Positions 53,065 to 64,000 of a DNA stretch of 64,000 nucleotides are shown piece by piece. Within the stretch, counting starts at the first letter, position 1, and each line of letters starts with the position of its first letter. Where the stretch lies: NCBI GenBank assembly GCA_051362555.1, contig CM120642.1, positions 17,732,001-17,796,000 of the forward strand, given 5' to 3'. Source of the DNA: Lingula anatina (lineage: Eukaryota; Animalia; Brachiopoda). The notes under the pieces are model-generated. The model had not been told where the DNA came from. It did no database searches and was given only the letters and a program-made list of their open reading frames with translations. The translations under genes and the position numbers were made by a program.

Positions 53065-53111
53065 CTTGTGAATCCTATGCGGTCAGAACATTGGCATTGG
53101 GCCTATACAGC

Positions 53112-53146
<35 letters not shown>

Positions 53147-53279
53147 CAGAGTATAAAACTACAAGATTTCAAACATGCACATGCAATGACTTTGTGTTAA
53201 ATAAATGAACGCTACTGTTCATATTATTAGAATTACATTGATGTCAGAATTTGAGATATTTATATTTAAATGGAGTTTC

Positions 53280-53957
53280 CTGTTAATTAATGTTGGGATT
53301 GACTCGAGAACACCTACGTTTGTAAGAAATATGAATATATTATATATGTTGTACAGAAGTCGACGAAATACCAACCACTCTTCTTATATAGAACAGTTCA
53401 TTAATTAATAAAAAACCCAGAATGAAACTAAAGGTGTCGAAGACAATACACAGATATCAGATCACTTAGTAGATGATTTATGAAAATAGACTTTTTCATC
53501 CTAAATTTAGGATCTGCATTGGAAGACTAATTTTTGACACTCGATATTCGTTTCCTTCTTTCAAGCGGTATTGCAGCACGCGTGAAATGTCATGGCGGGG
53601 TAGTGCATTCAAGCGTCTAATTCTTGCTACAACTTTTAAACTAGGACCAATCCAACATTCTTGTTCAATAGGTCTTAGTTCTAAACTATATGCAACACAC
53701 AAAACGCAAAAGAGCTTTGAATAACACGTTACGCTGAGCATGACAAGTCAAAAATAAGTGACGACGAAGCTGTTTCGCAGTGCCCAAGATCGTAAAACAA
53801 AAGATAAGGCAGATCTTGTCTTATAGGGAATGCTGTTAAGGTCACCTCTTTTAGAAACCAGGGTAATATATTAAATCGAATTTCTGCTACATACGGAAAA
53901 AGAGGATGCATTTGGACGAGCTTTTATATATTATTGGAGAATTTGATACTTTTCAGT
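53280..53957 (+). repeat. Duplicated SLC22 upstream region + start of exon 1 (paralog of ~62760-63465)
   Basis: Colinear similarity, e.g. cagttcattaattaataaaaa, catcctaaatttaggatctgc, tgctgttaaggtcacctcttttagaaaccag, acggaaaaagaggATGcatttggacgag. Confidence 0.9.
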
Positions 53958-54745
53958 CAACTCTGCCTTCGCCTTTCAAATGCAATAAAAAGAAAAAGAC
54001 AAAAAATGGTACTTTTGGCCTGATTACACTCTACATGGAGGGAGTCGCCGACTTATTTGTAGACGCTCACTTTCCCCCACTTATTACTGGTAGCTATCCG
54101 GGCTGAATGACGACACTTACCAGAGCCAAAACGTATTATTCCAGAAAACGGATGTCACTATTTATGATAATTACAAGTTCGGAAGACGGCCGACATTTCT
54201 GGTCGCAATCCCGCTGGAAATTCTTACCGCCCTGTCTCCTAATACGGTTGTATTCATAGTGTCTCCAGATCTGTAGGGATTGATAAACGGATGTTTATTT
54301 CTGACTGTATTCACATTAGGAAGCATTCAAACTGATCAAACGAGAAAGACAGACTAAGGTTGTGTATTCCATTAACCATTTGTCTTTTCGAAGCTATATA
54401 AACATCAGTGAAAAAATTGGGTTGCCTCCACGTTGACTGGTTTACATGTATTTTAGCGGTATTTTAGTCGTTTATTCAGTGAGCGACAGCCATATTATGC
54501 TATGAATCATTTACCACTTTTCATGCATTCGCAGTAGTTGCTGATATTCACAAAATTATTGTGCAATTTTAATGATTCTAATTCACAGGCCACATAATTC
54601 TTTAACAAGTATGTCCCTGGTTGGAACCACTTGTATTCTATTTTTGCAAAGGTCGGCGTATTGCTGTTTGACATTAAACTCCAAGTGCTTGCGTGGTTAT
54701 CTCTACCTCAACTTTGCACTTACGGGGGTCATTGAATCCCCGGTG
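53906..54745 (+). pseudogene. Fragmented SLC22 pseudogene (exon 1 start, exon 3 and exon 6 remnants)
   Basis: MHLDELLYIIGEFDTFQ followed by unrelated sequence. The exon 3 remnant (54178-54320, FGRRPTFLVAI...) has a deletion and a TAG stop. The exon 6 remnant (54650-54745) reads ...YLYLNFALTGVIESP. Confidence 0.85.
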
Positions 54746-56559
54746 CCATGTACCAGAAAGTCCCCCATGACAGAGAGTCCGCTTATTCATTTGTACAGGT
54801 GAGCCGCACCCTAGATTTTTACCTACACAGGTGATATCGCAAACGTAGCGGTAACTTATTAATTGTGCTATTTTCAATAGACATAGGCATTTTCTGAAAC
54901 ATCATATTTGCTTCTTGATTTTGTACGTAAGTAAACATAAACTAGATCGATTGGAGAATGCGAGATGATGTTGCGAGCAACAGTAACGACGGTTTTAATT
55001 TCAGTCCATTTGTTCTTTTTTGTGTGTGTGTGTGTGTCAGAACAATTAAAGTAGTTATTGTTATTATTTTTTTTAATATTATCATTATTCTTTTCCAGTG
55101 ATTTAAGAAATAATTGTGAAACAGTGACAGGCGGAGCAATTCCAGAATTCGATTTTCAAGCCGGTGTAAAGTGACAGAGGCCCCCATAACAGAGAGTCCA
55201 TTTCCCATTTATTTGTACTGGTAAGCCCCGCCCTAGATTTTGACCCACTTAGGTCAAACTAACCCTAACCATTATAACTTTATTATTTATTATACGAAAC
55301 GAAGCGTTGTCAAACTAATTAAATTCTTATCACTTAACAATGTCTCACAATTAAAGAACTGAGGAAAATACTTAAAATGTGCATTGGAGCTAAGATTAAC
55401 TTAAGTCAGATGAAGGGCTCAAGGGTTAATAAATTGAATATGAATATAACTATATGGAGGGCGGACGTTCTGTTACATGGACCCTCAGTTTCGTTACGCC
55501 TTGTCGAGTCAAAGACCACCTCACTGAAAATAAAAACACACATATGGAGCTGCTGTGCGGCTGGCCATGGAAAAAACATCAATAATGAGCAAATGACCTA
55601 GAGCATATGCTCTACTGTTCGGCAACTTAGGTTGTATGCTCGCCAGGGAGATGTGAAAGGATGCCAGTGACCACTCAGACTTATAATATGTCTTAACATT
55701 AAAAACACGCTTATTAGTTCAGTTTTCAACTGAATTTTAAGATGATTAAGTAAATGCATAAATGAGAAATGATTAATTTTAATTCTTATCTTATTGTCTT
55801 ATTAATTTTTTTCGTTTTTTTCTCTACTCATGCTACTGGCATCAGGAGTACCGATAACCCGAAGCCATATGGGGGGGCATCCTTTGTTAATTATTACCTA
55901 TATATTAGTAGACGTTTTATTTGTTAAAATATTCATTTGTTCCTACTGCCTGGTATAAGTTAATCAATATTTTTCTTATGACCTTCTGCGTTTCGAAAAA
56001 GTTTCGAAAAATCAAAATAACTTGTCATTCATTTCTCAGAATAACAAGTCAGTTGATTTAAACGTATTTCAGGGTACGAAGGTGGCTACACAGTTCATTG
56101 CATTTTCAATTGACTCACCACAATTCACTACTTTCAAAGCAACCATAATCCCTCAGGCTGCCTCAAAATGCAGTCACCGTACGCCCTATTACATTATCCA
56201 CATTTTGGATCAGTGTTCGAATACCCACGCACTAGTAGTGACCTGCGAGCAGTTCACAGCTACCTGTACCAGTTTAACGGACATCGTGCCTACCATAATT
56301 TTGGGGAGAAGGTATGTTGCTCAGCAATTGTCATCAAATTTACCTGTACATTTCGAAGTCACAGCTTAGTACTCATTACTCCTATTATAAAATTAAATGA
56401 TAAGCAGAATAATCAAAATTTAAAATAGTAAATAAGATGTATATGTAAATAAGATATTGTTATCAAATTTGCTTATCACAATCAAACGCTATCCCCTATG
56501 AACAAGTTGACCGTTGGTGACAACAGGAACGCCATCGTGTGACTATATATCACTGACGG

Positions 56560-56594
56560 TATAAAAGCGCGAAATTTTGAAACTGCGTTCATTC
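56560..56594 (+). promoter_or_regulatory. TATA box + Initiator core promoter
   Basis: TATAAAA at 56560-56566 and TCATTC (Inr consensus TCAKTY) with A+1 at 56591, i.e. TATA at -31; a TGACG half-CRE lies just upstream. Confidence 0.65.
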
Positions 56595-59500
56595 AACAGC
56601 AGACAGATCTGGAGCAACAGGAAGGATGCCATGTACTGCGCCCCGCTTCAAGCAAAAAGGACACAGGAGTCAACTCGCATTTCTCCGAATATTTTCCTCG
56701 TCCCAAGTCAACGCTCATCGACATCTTGTTTCTTGCACACACAGTCGTCTGGACGGTGGATTCGGCGTTTCTCTAAGCTGGCCAGCTAAAACCTTCGCTT
56801 CTCTCCACGAGGAATCGTCGCTCAGGAATCTTCGCAGGACACATCATCGCCACGTGCTGTAGTGGGCTGTATTTTTGTATTGTCATTGCACATATCTCCA
56901 TGTATTCCAGGTTTCTTTTTATTACAGGTCCAGGAAGCAGACTGCAAAGTGCTGACATAGGTGAGAAAACACATTAATCAGTTTTTATTTCTCTTTACAG
57001 AACTCGTCTATGGCAGTTCTCGATATAGGTCCCACTGACAACTGCACCGAGAAGAGGGTCATATCAGATACTTCCTTGGTGCCAGCGAGTCCTGCCATGT
57101 TCTGTCTACGGGGTGGCTGCATTGGGGGAAGCGTCCAGCGAGTCCTGCCACGGTCTGTCTACGAGGTGGCTACATCAAGGAAAGTGTCCAGCGAGTCCTG
57201 CCATGGTCTGTCTGCGAGGTGGCTGCAACGGGGGAAGTGTCCAAGGCATATGGTGTTTCACTGACATGGATAACCATTAAAGGTATTGTATTATTGGGAG
57301 GGGGGAAAGTATAGAAAACTCATTAATCCGTTCTATTTTCTGTTTACAGAACTCCAGATGGCTGCATTAGGGGAAGCATCCAGCGAGTCCTGCCATGGTC
57401 TGTTAGAGGAGGTTGCAGCAAGGAAAGCATCCAACGAGTCTTGCCATGGTCTGTCTACGAGGTGGCCGAATCGGGGGAAGTGTCCAAGGCATATGGTGTT
57501 TCACTGAGATGGGGAATCCTTAAAGGTATTGTATTATTGGGAGGGGGGGAGTATAGAAAACTCATTAATCCGTTTTACTTTCTGTTTACAGAACCCCAGA
57601 TGGCTTCAATGGTGGAAGCATCCAGCGAGTCCTGCCATGGTCTGTCTACGAGGTCACTGCATCAAGGAAAGTGGCCAGTGAATCCTGCCATGGTCTGTTA
57701 GAGGTGGTTGCAATGGGGGAAGCGTCCAGCGAGTCCTGCCATGGTCTGTCTACGAGGTGGCTGCAACGGGGGAAGTGTCCAAGGCATATGGTGTTTCACT
57801 GACATGGGGAATCCTTAAAGGTATTGTATTATTGGGAGGGGGGAAGTATAGAAAACTCATTAATCCGTTTTACTTTCTGTTTACAGAACCCCAGATGGCT
57901 GCATTGGGGGAAGCATCCAGCCAGTCCTGCAATTGTCTGTCTACGAGGAGGCTGCAACGGGGGAAGTGTCCAAGGCATATGGTGTTTCACTGACATGGGG
58001 AATCCTTAAAGGTATTGTATTATTGGGAGGGGGGAAAGTATAGAAAACTCATTAATCCGTTTTACTTTCTGTTAACAGAACACCAGATGGCTGCATTAGG
58101 GGAAGCATCCAGCGAGTCCTGCCATGATTGGTCTGCGAGGTGGTTGCATCAAGGAAAGGGTCCAGCGAGTCCTGCCATGGTCTGTCTACGAAGTGGCTGC
58201 AACCGGGGAAGTGACCCAAGGCATATGGTGTTTCACTGACATGGAAAATCATTAAAGGTATTGTATTATTGGGAGGGGGGAAAGTATAGAAAACTCATTA
58301 ATCCGTTTTACTTTCTGTTTACAGAACTCCAGATGGCTGCATTAGGGGAAGCATCCAGCGAGTCCTGCCATGATTGGTCTACGAGGTGGTTGCATCAAGA
58401 AAAGGGTCCAGTGAGTCCTGCCATGGTCTGTCTACGAAGTGGCTGCAACCGGGGAAGTGACCCAAGGCATATGACATGGAAAATCATTAAAGGTATTGTT
58501 TTAGTGGGAGGGGGGAAAGTATAGAAAACTCGTTAATCCGTTCTACTTTATGTTTACAGAACTCCAGATGGCTTCAATTGGGGAAGCATCCAGCGAGTCC
58601 TGCCATGGTCTGTCTACGAGGTGACTGCATCAAGGAAAGTGGCCAGTGAATCCTGCCATGGTCTGTCTACGAGGTGGCTGCAACGGGGGAAGTGTCCAAG
58701 GCATATGGTGTTTCACTGACATGGGGAATCCTTAAAGGTATTGTATTATTGGGAGGGGGGAAAGTATAGAAAACCCATTAATCCGTTTTACTTTCTGTTT
58801 ACAGAACTCCAGTTGGTTGCATTGGAGGAAGCATCCAGCCATTCCTGCCATTGTCTGTCTACGAGGTGGCTGCAGCAAGGAAAGCATCCAACGAGTCTTG
58901 CCATGGTCAGTCTACGAGGTGGCCGAATCGGGGGAAGCGTCCAAGGCATATGGTGTTTCACTGAGATGGGGAATCCTTAAAGGTATTGTATTATTGGGAG
59001 GGGGGAAGTATAGAAAACTCATTAATCCGTTTTACTTTCTGTTTACAGAACTCCAGATGGCTTCTATTGGGGAAAGCATCCAGCGAGGCTCGCCATGGTC
59101 TGTCTACGAGGTGGCTGCATCAATGAAAGTGACCAGTGAATCCTGCCATGGTCTGTCTACGACGTGGCTGCAACGGGGGAGGCATCCAGCGAGTCCTGCC
59201 ATGGTCTGTCTACGAGGTGGCTGCAACAGGCGAAGTATCCAGCGAGTCCATCCATGGTCTTTCTACGAGGTGGCTGCAACAGGCGAAGTATCCAGCGAGT
59301 CCATCCATGGTCTTTCTACGAGGTGGCTGCATCAAGGAAATTGACCAGCGAGGCCTGTCATGGACTTTCTGGGAGGGGCTGCATAGGGGAAGCGTCCAGT
59401 GAGTCCATCCACGGCCTCTCTACGAGGTAGCTTTAACAGAGGAAGCGTCGGAAGTGTCCAGCGAGGACTGCCATGGTCTGCCTACGAGGTGGCTGTATCA

Positions 59501-60340
59501 GGTATGCGTCCAATGCATATGGTGTTTCACTGAAATGGAAAACTCTTAAAGGTAACTCGTATTATTGGGGGGAGAATGCAACAGTCCATTTTTACCACAA
59601 AAATACGATTTCACTTGGCCATTGAACACACTTTTGGGATAATCCACTTTTATGTTAGTACATTCATGAAGGGAGATAAAGGAAAAAACTTAAGACATTT
59701 TTTTCTTTTTGCAGAATTCGATTATGGCAATTTCTAGTAGAGCTCCCACTTTTCACAAGAAGTGCAAAAATTGGCTAATTTAATCGTGCTAGTCAATTAT
59801 TGGTGCCCGGGTGATGATTCCTGCCATAGGCTGTTTATAAGGTGGCTGCCTGTCGGGACACCAGAAACACATGGTGTTTCATTAAAATGAACACTTTCCA
59901 CGCTGTTAAAGGTAACTCGTGTTATTGGGGGGAAAATAATACACTAGTAATTTTTCTCACGTTGCTGAACTGTACAACAGTTCATTTTTGATCATATCTT
60001 AAAATTTTGAAGTCAGATTGATAGAAAAAATGACCATGAAATCGTATTTATATAAAGCTTATTCATGCTAAATAGTTAATGTATATTTTGAGGTTACTGA
60101 TGTTGATAACATTGTTGTAGTATTATTCCATATATTACCATGTACTCCAGGTTTCGTCTTATTACAAGTCCAGGAAGCAGACTGCAGAGTGCTGATAAAG
60201 GATAGAAAACTCATTAATCTGTTTTTCTTTCTGTTTACAGAACTTGATTATGGCAATTCTCGATAGAGCTCCTGCTGACAAATTCAAGGACAAGAGGGTC
60301 CCCTCTGCACTTTCATCAATCTTTGGTGCCAGCGAGCAAT
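56591..60340 (+). ncRNA. Putative spliced long non-coding transcript built from tandem exon-intron modules
   Basis: Downstream of the TATA/Inr. Eight near-identical 66-67-nt GT-AG introns plus two diverged ones separate exons made of ~53-bp subrepeats. I found no frame that stays open across the junctions. Confidence 0.5.
57080..59570 (+). repeat. Hierarchical tandem repeat (~53-bp subunits inside ~190-300-bp higher-order units)
   Basis: Subunit CCAGCGAGTCCTGCCATGGTCTGTCTACGAGGTGGCTGCA...GGAAG; spacer GGCATATGGTGTTTCACTGA...AAAGGTATTG...TTTACAGAAC. Confidence 0.95.
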
Positions 60341-62174
60341 GACACTAGCAAGGAGCCCCTGTAGCCATTTCCATAGATGATCGTAGCAGTCTTGGTTTTT
60401 AAGGACATCGCTTGCCCTACTAATAATTCAGAGAATGTGGAATGGTAATGAAAAGCGATATACTGAATGTAAGCGGAATACTGGTGCAATCTAATAACGT
60501 ACTCAAGTCTTTTGGATAATGATAATTTTTGCAGTTCGTGAGTCACTTATATGGGTCGGATGTAATTGCATTTAGCAAGTTTTTATCACTTCTGACAGCA
60601 AACCATTTTATTTCAATAGCTTAAGAGAAAACTGAAGTCCAGGATGATCATATTTAATTCAATAAATGATCAATTGAATAAGATGAATTATGGTTCTGTA
60701 TGAAAATTGAAAGTCTGTCTACAGTTATGATTATTTAAAAAATTTAAATTGCACATCCATATGCTTTATCCACATTCTAAATGCAGAAAGGTTTTTGCTC
60801 ACAAAAAAACATTGGTATTACAACCACTTATGGTCGTCTGTGTTTTATTTCAATCTTAGTGAGGTAGTCATTTTTCAAATTTGTGCTTTTGATGATATGG
60901 AATTATTAGTCAGTATAGCGTTTGAGAAGATCATAACCCTCACACTAACCATATCTCACAACTGTGTAAAATCTGACTTGGTGTAAATGCTTTTACATGA
61001 AGAGGTTTTACATTGATAGCTTGTGCAATATCTGTAATGAAAATTTAACGTTTGAGAAAATATTTCATTATATTGTTTTGCACAGTCTGCTCCTCGTGAG
61101 GGATGGCTGGGTGCACACAGTCATCTCTCAAGATTGAGGTTCGCACATTACTAATATTACTAATATTATGATTTTCTCAAGTGTTATAGTTGACAAACAT
61201 ATCCATTTCATCACAATTGCACCTTTTTCTCCGGCTAAAAAATTTGTGATGAAATTTACATGGACGGTCATACAGTGCAGTGTGATATCTGAAATATTTA
61301 GAAGTAAGATTGCTTTATTCTTTACTTGTATTATACAGATAGTTGCTATTTTAGGTCAGAATTGCATTTTAGAAACTCCTCATTTAAAACGGTTATGTAT
61401 CAACTTAAGTTTAAATCATAAAGGTACCTGGGTAATAACCTTATTACCTGAATATTTTATGAATTTTATCAGTAGAAAGAACTGTAATCAAATTTGAAAG
61501 GATCTTCCAGTTGTAAAAGGATTTAGTAATTTTATGTATGGTGTCATTCCCTAAGATAAAATGTCTCAATTTCATTGTGTTAAGTAATTGTCTTAATTGG
61601 CTTCAATACCTCTTTACTTAGGAATTATTTTGATAAATTCTTGTGCTTCATCTTGTGTATAATTATGTAGAGAATAGTTTGTAGTTTGGAGAAAGTTTCT
61701 TCAGTCACACCATACTGTATAAAACTGGACAATATTCTTAAACCATAAGCTGCCGTGCCAATAAAGAAACTGATGTTATCATGTTATAAAGACTGAAGTA
61801 TCCGGGCGTGGGCACTTTCCCGGCATTCCCCACGAAGGGTTTATACGGGTTTTTCCCCACGGCCTCAAAGCATCGGGTGCCAGCTTCCGACCACAAGACA
61901 AGCATTATCGGACTGTATAAATTCTGTTGTTAAATGATAAAAACAGGAATGGAAAATCTTAAATTTCAATAATACTACCATTTATTAATTCATTGCGTTT
62001 ACATGATTCAATGATTACTAAAGTAATTTTAAAATTGAATGGTACATTATTTGATAGTTGAATAAAAATTATATTCTGTATTTTCTCTTTTTGTTAAAAA
62101 AAAACGGAAGGCGTGTACAGATGGCAAAATAGTCAGCATACTTCGAATAAATTTTAATCAATGGCCGATTAAGG

Positions 62175-62416
62175 TCGGGTGTCAGGGGGTCCTGACCCCC
62201 TTTTCGATTTCTGAAGAAAATCGCACCAATGGTTCCCGTTTGAAATTAGAATTTTAATTATAGTTCTAAATCGTGCCAAATTGCATCGTTCGCCCTCTAA
62301 AATACCAGAATTTTCATGGACCTTAAGTGGGCCTCGACCCCACACCAAGGGGGGTAGGCTCGGCTTCGCATCCGCTGACCCCCCACGCCCTTCAAAAAAC
62401 CCTGGATCTACCCATG
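62175..62416. mobile_element. Degenerate hAT-like MITE fragment
   Basis: GC-rich island with gggtcctgacccc and a terminal CCTGGATCTACCCATG, resembling CAGGGGCGGATCCAG-type MITE ends; no left TIR found. Confidence 0.4.
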
Positions 62417-63414
62417 TTAATAGAGTGGCATACATGCTCGTTTCATTATCAGTCGAAATTCTATTTTCAATTCCCCTTATCTCATTTAAAGTAAGATTTC
62501 GCTATTTCTGTCACGCCGATTTTTTTCCATAAAACCAGGCAATGTCCAGGTAATAAATTTATTTTTGGTTTTGGAACAAACCCGCTTTTTTTCTCTGGGA
62601 ATAACTCGTGCCGATACCAAGAATTTCCTAAGTCGGATAAGTCCCTAAAACTATCTTACACAAAAAAATACCACTGTAGATGTTAGACCCCCAATGGTTT
62701 TTGATAAATGATGTTTTAGGTAAATATACATTACTATCCGCATAATTAGTATTACTTGGGTATTCCTGTTAATTATATTTAGCGTTGATTCGAGAACACG
62801 AACGTTTGTAAAAAAATGAATATATATACGGAAGTCGATGAGATACCAACTAGTCTTCTTATGTGGAGTAGTTCATTAATTAATAAAAATCCGAAAGGAA
62901 ACTTAAGATGACGAAGCCAATACATGTACACAGAGGTCACTTAGTAGGTGATTTAACAATAGATTTTTCCATCCTAAATTTAGGATCTGCGTTGAGAGAC
63001 GCTAAAAAAGTGAGACACTAATTTCCGCCCTCTATATTTGATTTCTTCGTTCAAATGGTATTGTAGCACGCGTGAAATATCATGGCGGGATAGTGCATTC
63101 AGTCATCTACTTCTTGACTTAACTTTTATAACTAGCACACACTCAATAACTTTGTTCAAGGGTCTTAGTTCTGAATTATATGCAATGCACTAAACGCATA
63201 AGAGCCTTGAATAACACGTTACACTGAGCATGACAAGTCAGCAATAAATGATAACGAAGTTGTTTTGCTTGTGCTCAAGACCGTAAAACAAAAGATAAAG
63301 CATATCTTTTCGTATTAGAAATGCTGTTAAGGTCACCTCTTTTAGAAACCAGCGCAAACGGGGGTTTGAAGCTAATGTATTAAATCGAATTTCTGCTATA
63401 TACGGAAAAAGAGG

Positions 63415-63828
63415 ATGCATTTGGACGAGCTTTTACATATTATTGGAGAATTTGGTACTTTTCAGAAAAGGCAGTATTTTTTAGTCTGTCTTGTAGGACT
63501 GTATACAGCGTTCCCGATACTTTCTTCCGTATTCCTTGCAGCAACGCCCAAACACAACTGTAAAATCCCAGCCGAGTACGTATCGAGCGCGGAGAGGATC
63601 TACGGAAACCTTTCTCACGAGGAGCTGCTGAACCTGACCATCCCATGGGAAGAAAAGGACGGCAAACAGGGCCGAAGTAGTTGTAAGCTGAAATCATGGG
63701 ACAGAAACGGCTCCTATTATGAGGTCCCCATTGCTGCGGATGATGGTGATAACAAGACAGCAAGTGTTGAATGCCCTAGCGGGCGAGAATACAGTCAGGA
63801 AATTTATATTTCAACCGCGGTATCAGAG
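63415..63828 (+). CDS. Exon 1 of a fifth SLC22 paralog (continues beyond the window)
   Basis: MHLDELLHIIGEFGTFQKRQY...STAVSE followed by a phase-0 donor GAG|gtaatg, as in the paralogs. Confidence 0.9.
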
Positions 63829-64000
63829 GTAATGACGCAGCTTTACTTTTGTCTTAATTTATACATGTATCCCCATGGGCTTGTTGCACATAACAGGCTG
63901 AGACGAGAAGTCAAGTAGTCAAGATATTGGTCAAGGTAGTTTTCCAAAGAACCTGAAGGATCACTTGCCTCGTATTTTCGAGCTCGTAGATTAAATTCTT

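Noticed and set aside
57010-59430. Repetitive protein-coding gene from the many short ORFs (MYYWEGGKYRK..., SSESCHGLSTRW...)
   Set aside because: The ~53-bp subunit shifts frame, the ORFs include intron-like sequence, and the spliced frame traced hits TGA.
57080-59570. CRISPR array
   Set aside because: The intervening sequences are themselves repeats rather than unique spacers, there are no cas genes, and the context is eukaryotic with introns.
57080-59570. Hammerhead/HDV ribozyme or snoRNA array
   Set aside because: By eye there is no CUGANGA...GAAA core, no complete HDV P3 pairing around CCUCGU and no C/D boxes in the 67-nt introns. An Infernal/Rfam scan would be decisive.

Overview
AT-rich, intron-containing animal (probably marine invertebrate) genomic DNA; nothing here looks prokaryotic. 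Left part (1-28.7 kb): a tandem array of minus-strand secreted pentraxin genes (signal peptide + PAN/Apple-like exon + two pentraxin exons). It has two near-identical copies inside a ~12-kb-period duplication, one orphan copy with a premature stop, and one 3' relic. It is interleaved with Tc1, L2-type LINE and Harbinger relics and with the probable 5' end of an L1-like element at the window edge. Right part (29.4-64 kb): a plus-strand tandem cluster of SLC22 organic-ion transporter genes. It contains three complete 9-exon genes, one pseudogene and exon 1 of a fifth, with many MITEs in the introns and a Rex1/Babar-type LINE nested inside a Tc1/mariner MITE. Between the pseudogene and the fifth gene is a TATA+Inr-headed unit built from tandemly amplified exon+intron modules that appears non-coding. 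The main observations are an almost purely amino-acid-changing divergence between the twin pentraxin genes (20 nonsynonymous to 1 synonymous by manual count), the repeated-intron transcription unit, a newly formed perfect intronic hairpin, and exon-restricted gene conversion among the SLC22 paralogs. All alignments and counts were done by eye; no database searches were run.
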